From assembly GCA_041856085.1 (NCBI GenBank), contig JBHAFL010000122.1, positions 1 through 49,248 on the forward strand: a stretch of DNA of 49,248 bases, given 5' to 3'. A program made the translations under genes and the position numbers. Every line of letters starts with the position of its first letter. Position 1 is the first letter of the stretch. This DNA comes from Anaerovoracaceae bacterium (GTDB lineage: Bacteria > Bacillota > Clostridia > Peptostreptococcales > Anaerovoracaceae). Below the pieces are notes generated by a model. The model ran no database searches and was not told the DNA's origin. It worked only from the letters and a program-made list of their open reading frames with translations. Positions 46,017 to 49,248 of this stretch are shown here, in pieces.

Positions 46017-46104
46017 TTTTATGGTGAACCGTGTGTTTTCACAGAGAATTGAGAAATTTTTATAAGGGATTTTTTGCATATTCAGTAATAAGAGGAGAAG
46101 AGAA

Positions 46105-48636
46105 ATGGGTAAGAAAGTTGTAATTATAGGCGGAGTTGCCGGCGGTGCGAGCTGCGCGGCAAGGCTGAGAAGACTTGACGAGACCGCCGAGATAGTGATG
46201 CTTGAGCGCGGAGAATATGTTTCTTATGCGAACTGCGGGCTTCCTTATCACGTGAGCGACGTGATAAGCGAGAGGGATGCGCTGCTGCTCCAGACGCCGG
46301 AGAGCCTCAGGGAGAGATTCAATATCGACGTCAGAATTATGAACGAGGCGCTCTCTATCGACAGAGAGAAAAAGGCGGTTGAGATTAAGAACCATAATAC
46401 GGGAGAAAAATATAGGGAAAGCTATGATTATCTCGTTATCGCCACGGGCTCATCGCCGCTCAGACCTCCGATTCGGGGAATAGATTCGCCGCTGATTCGC
46501 ACGCTGTGGACGGTGCCGGATACGGACGAGATACGCAGGATAGTTAAAAGCGGTATCAGGACTGCGGCTGTAATCGGCGGCGGCTTCATAGGACTCGAGA
46601 TGGCGGAGAACCTCAGAGAGGCGGGGCTTGAAGTAACCCTGATAGAGGCTCTCGAACAGGTTATGGCTCCGCTTGATTTCGAGATGGCGTCGATACTGCA
46701 CGAAAATATAAGGGATAACGGAGTAGTTCTCAGGCTCGGAGACGGCGTGGACTCGTTCACGGACGAGGGAGACAGGGTTAAAATCAACCTCAAAAGCGGG
46801 GACGGCGTTACGGCGGAGTTGGTTATACTTTCAATCGGAGTGAGACCGAACAGCGGACTCGCTAAAGAGGCGGGACTCGGCATTAACGAGAGAGGCGGAA
46901 TCATAGTCGACGATATGATGAGAACATCGGACAGCGCCATCTATGCGGTCGGAGACGTAATCGAGGTTAAGGATATCGTGTCGGGTGAGCCTGCGATGAT
47001 ACCTCTTGCAGGGCCTGCTAACAAGCAGGGAAGAATCGCAGCCGACAATATCGCGGGTTTCGAAGAAAGATATACGGGAACGCAGGGCTCAGCGGTCGCT
47101 AAGGTCTTCGATTTAACAGCAGCTTCTACGGGTCAGAATGAGAAAACTCTAAAAAAACGCGGGCTGAAAAAGGGCACGGACTATGAGACCGTCACCATTT
47201 CGCAGAACTCGCACGCCGGATATTACCCGGGAGCGACGCCTATGATGCTTAAGCTCATCTTCACGGCGGACGGCGAGAAGATACTCGGCGCACAGATAGT
47301 CGGCACGGACGGAGTTGACAAGAGAATAGACACAATCGGAGTCGCGCTCAGACTCGGCGCGGGAGTGAAAGACCTCAAGAATCTCGAGCTCGCCTATGCT
47401 CCGCCTTATTCCTCCGCGAAGGACCCTGTCAATATGGCGGGCTTCACGGCAGAGAACGTTATTAAAGGGCTCCTGAAAATGGCGGAGTGGAACGAGCCGG
47501 AGACGAACAGAGAAGCGATTAGAATCGATGTGAGAGAAGAGGAGGAAGTCGCCGCATATGCGATACCGGGCGCAAAAAATATTCCCCTCGGGAGCTTAAG
47601 AGAAAGAGTCGGGGAGCTTGATAAGAGCGGGGAATACATAATATTCTGCGCCATAGGAGTCAGAGCATATAACGCTCTCAGAATACTCAGACAAAACGGC
47701 ATAGAAAAGGTTAAGCTCTTCCCGGGCGGCGCGAGATTTTATCGCTCGCTTCACAGCGAGAGGGCAGAACAGGAGCCCTTGCCGGAGCTTCCCATAAGCG
47801 GCTATGAAGCCGGCGGCGCAGACAAAGATTCAGGGGGAGAGAAAGGCTCAGCTGCGGGAGCCGGGGGAGCGGAGATGAAGCCGCAGGAGAGAGAAGTCAG
47901 AAAAATATGCGTGAATTGCAGCGGACTTCAATGCCCCGGGCCGATAATGGAGGTATTTAAGAATATTAAGGATATGCGAGAGGGAGATATTCTCGAGGTA
48001 ACCTCCACGGATATCGGCTTCGCTAAGGACATCGTTTCGTGGTGCAGGAGAACGGGCAACGAGCTCGTGTCGAACGAGAGACGCGGAAGCTCCTTTATCG
48101 CGTGCATAAGAAAAGGAGCGCTTCCGGAGACAGAGGCGTGCCCGATAGAGGAAGCAGGCTCTAAGAATAACGGTAAAACCATAATCGTCTTTGACGGCGA
48201 TATGGATAAGGTTTTAGCGAGTTTCGTCATAGCAAACGGAGCGCTCGCTATGGGAAGACCGGTCACGATGTTTTTCACGTTCTGGGGATTGACGGCACTC
48301 AGAAAAGAGTCGAAAGTTCCTCTGAAAAAGAATGCCGTAGAGAAGATGTTCGGAGCGATGCTCCCGAGGGGAAGCCGCAAACTGAAACTCTCTAAGATGA
48401 ATATGGGAGGCATGGGAACTATGATGATGAGAAAGATTATGGACGATAAGAACATCGACTCCCTCGAAGATATGATGAAAAACGCTATGGAGGCGGGAGT
48501 TAAGATTATCGCCTGCTCGATGAGTATGGACGTGATGGGAATCCGAAAAGAAGAGCTCATCGACGGAGTTGAGATAGGCGGAGTCGGCACATACTTAGGA
48601 GACGCCGAGGAATCCAATGTGAACCTTTTCATCTGA
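46105..48636 (+). CDS. Four-domain fusion: CoA-disulfide/persulfide reductase + rhodanese + TusA-like + DsrE-like
   Basis: The FAD motif VVIIGGVAGGASCA and the CoADR redox motif SYANCGLPY are present. The rhodanese loop is IIFCAIGVRAY. After a Gly/Ala-rich linker comes a TusA-type CxGLQCPGP, then a DsrE/DrsE-like end (IIVFDGDMDKVLASFVIANGA...IIACSMSMDVMG). Confidence 0.85.
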   Translation: MGKKVVIIGGVAGGASCAARLRRLDETAEIVMLERGEYVSYANCGLPYHVSDVISERDALLLQTPESLRERFNIDVRIMNEALSIDREKKAVEIKNHNTGEKYRESYDYLVIATGSSPLRPPIRGIDSPLIRTLWTVPDTDEIRRIVKSGIRTAAVIGGGFIGLEMAENLREAGLEVTLIEALEQVMAPLDFEMASILHENIRDNGVVLRLGDGVDSFTDEGDRVKINLKSGDGVTAELVILSIGVRPNSGLAKEAGLGINERGGIIVDDMMRTSDSAIYAVGDVIEVKDIVSGEPAMIPLAGPANKQGRIAADNIAGFEERYTGTQGSAVAKVFDLTAASTGQNEKTLKKRGLKKGTDYETVTISQNSHAGYYPGATPMMLKLIFTADGEKILGAQIVGTDGVDKRIDTIGVALRLGAGVKDLKNLELAYAPPYSSAKDPVNMAGFTAENVIKGLLKMAEWNEPETNREAIRIDVREEEEVAAYAIPGAKNIPLGSLRERVGELDKSGEYIIFCAIGVRAYNALRILRQNGIEKVKLFPGGARFYRSLHSERAEQEPLPELPISGYEAGGADKDSGGEKGSAAGAGGAEMKPQEREVRKICVNCSGLQCPGPIMEVFKNIKDMREGDILEVTSTDIGFAKDIVSWCRRTGNELVSNERRGSSFIACIRKGALPETEACPIEEAGSKNNGKTIIVFDGDMDKVLASFVIANGALAMGRPVTMFFTFWGLTALRKESKVPLKKNAVEKMFGAMLPRGSRKLKLSKMNMGGMGTMMMRKIMDDKNIDSLEDMMKNAMEAGVKIIACSMSMDVMGIRKEELIDGVEIGGVGTYLGDAEESNVNLFI

Positions 48637-48677
48637 AGAGGAGAGAAATTTCACCGCAGTTTTCAGAAATTTTCACA

Positions 48678-48724
48678 GGGGGAGAGCGGGAATATCCTAC
48701 TCTCCCCCTATTGTCTGCTTTTAG
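48678..48724 (+). terminator. Hairpin after the CoADR-fusion gene (weak terminator)
   Basis: The GGGGGAGAG (48678-48686) / CTCTCCCCC (48700-48708) stem is followed by TATTGTCTGCTTTT. Confidence 0.4.
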
Positions 48725-49208
48725 ACTGCCATTACAACTTGTAGACTGCCGTTACAGTTTCATTTATCAACTCTTTTTGTCCGCCCTCGCTCTTTTTTCA
48801 AACAACTTAAAACCGCTGTATCCGTTGATATACAACGTTCACAGCGGTTAATACCGGCTCTTTTTATTCTATAAGCCGCTTTATTGTCTAATGTCTTTTA
48901 TGAAACAGAATTAATATATTCCTTTGCCTCTTCTATATTTTTTCCCTCATAACTGCATTCTTCCATTCTTAAACTTTCAAACAGCAACAGCCTTTAGATG
49001 CTTATTCTTTATAATAATTATAATAATATTGATAATTATTTAGCAATATAATAGTTGATATTTTATTGGGAGTTTGTGTTTTTTGACACTCGGAAATAAG
49101 GTTAGTGTAAAATAATTACGGAGTTTTTGTAGAAAAGAAAAGAGATCGCCTCTGTGATAAAATGAAGTTACTAAGCTTTCATTTAGCGAATCATCTAAGG
49201 AGATCTCT

Positions 49209-49248
49209 ATGGACAATATTATACTACAAAAACTCATTGAATGGGCAA
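49209..49248 (+). CDS. 5' end of an unidentified gene running off the window
   Basis: AAGGAG (49197-49202) is followed 6 nt later by an ATG. The frame is open to the window edge (MDNIILQKLIEWA...), but only 13 codons are visible. Confidence 0.3.
   Translation, partial: MDNIILQKLIEWA

Noticed and set aside
47928-48632. 234-aa minus-strand ORF, plus the ORFs at 46428-46940 and 46060-46395
   Set aside because: They are antisense to the CoADR-fusion gene. Their Ser/Pro/Ile-rich translations contain no motifs.
49040-49237. 65-aa minus-strand ORF at the right end
   Set aside because: It lies in an AT-rich region and has no RBS or recognisable motif. It overlaps the better-supported plus-strand start with AAGGAG at 49197-49202.

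Overview
This 49.2-kb window is the chromosomal replication-origin region of a Firmicutes/Clostridia-type genome. The gene order on the minus strand is rpmH-rnpA-yidD-yidC-jag-mnmE-mnmG-rsmG-parA-parB ... gdpP-rplI-dnaB, running leftwards from about 23.2 kb. On the plus strand, dnaA-dnaN-recF-gyrB-gyrA runs rightwards. Perfect DnaA boxes flank dnaA, and two perfect parS sites bracket parAB. No rRNA, tRNA, CRISPR array, transposase or integrase could be supported. The left end (2-5054, plus strand) carries accessory genes: a 5'-partial surface protein, a gene remnant, pncB, a thioesterase, a NUDIX-alkyltransferase fusion and a DUF1294-SanA fusion. The most interesting content lies right of gyrA. 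First, a Cys-rich RsbW-like anti-sigma with a degenerate ATP site and a SigB/F/G-type sigma factor are translationally coupled to gyrA and trpS, with no STAS partner. Second, a tightly packed seven-gene operon (34105-43998) joins a VTC-domain protein, a DUF4956 membrane protein and a membrane-anchored CotH kinase to an exopolysaccharide-type module. That module has a membrane-anchored GH-like TIM-barrel protein, a HEAT-repeat membrane protein, a PgaC/IcaA-like processive GT2 synthase and a doubly degenerate GGDEF-EAL sensor. I consider this operon the best candidate for an undescribed system, possibly polyphosphate or phosphorylation linked to a c-di-GMP-gated surface polymer. The window ends with an alanine/glycine:cation symporter and an 843-aa four-domain CoA-disulfide-reductase/rhodanese/TusA/DsrE fusion. 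All calls rest on reading the translated ORFs and the DNA by eye; no searches were run.
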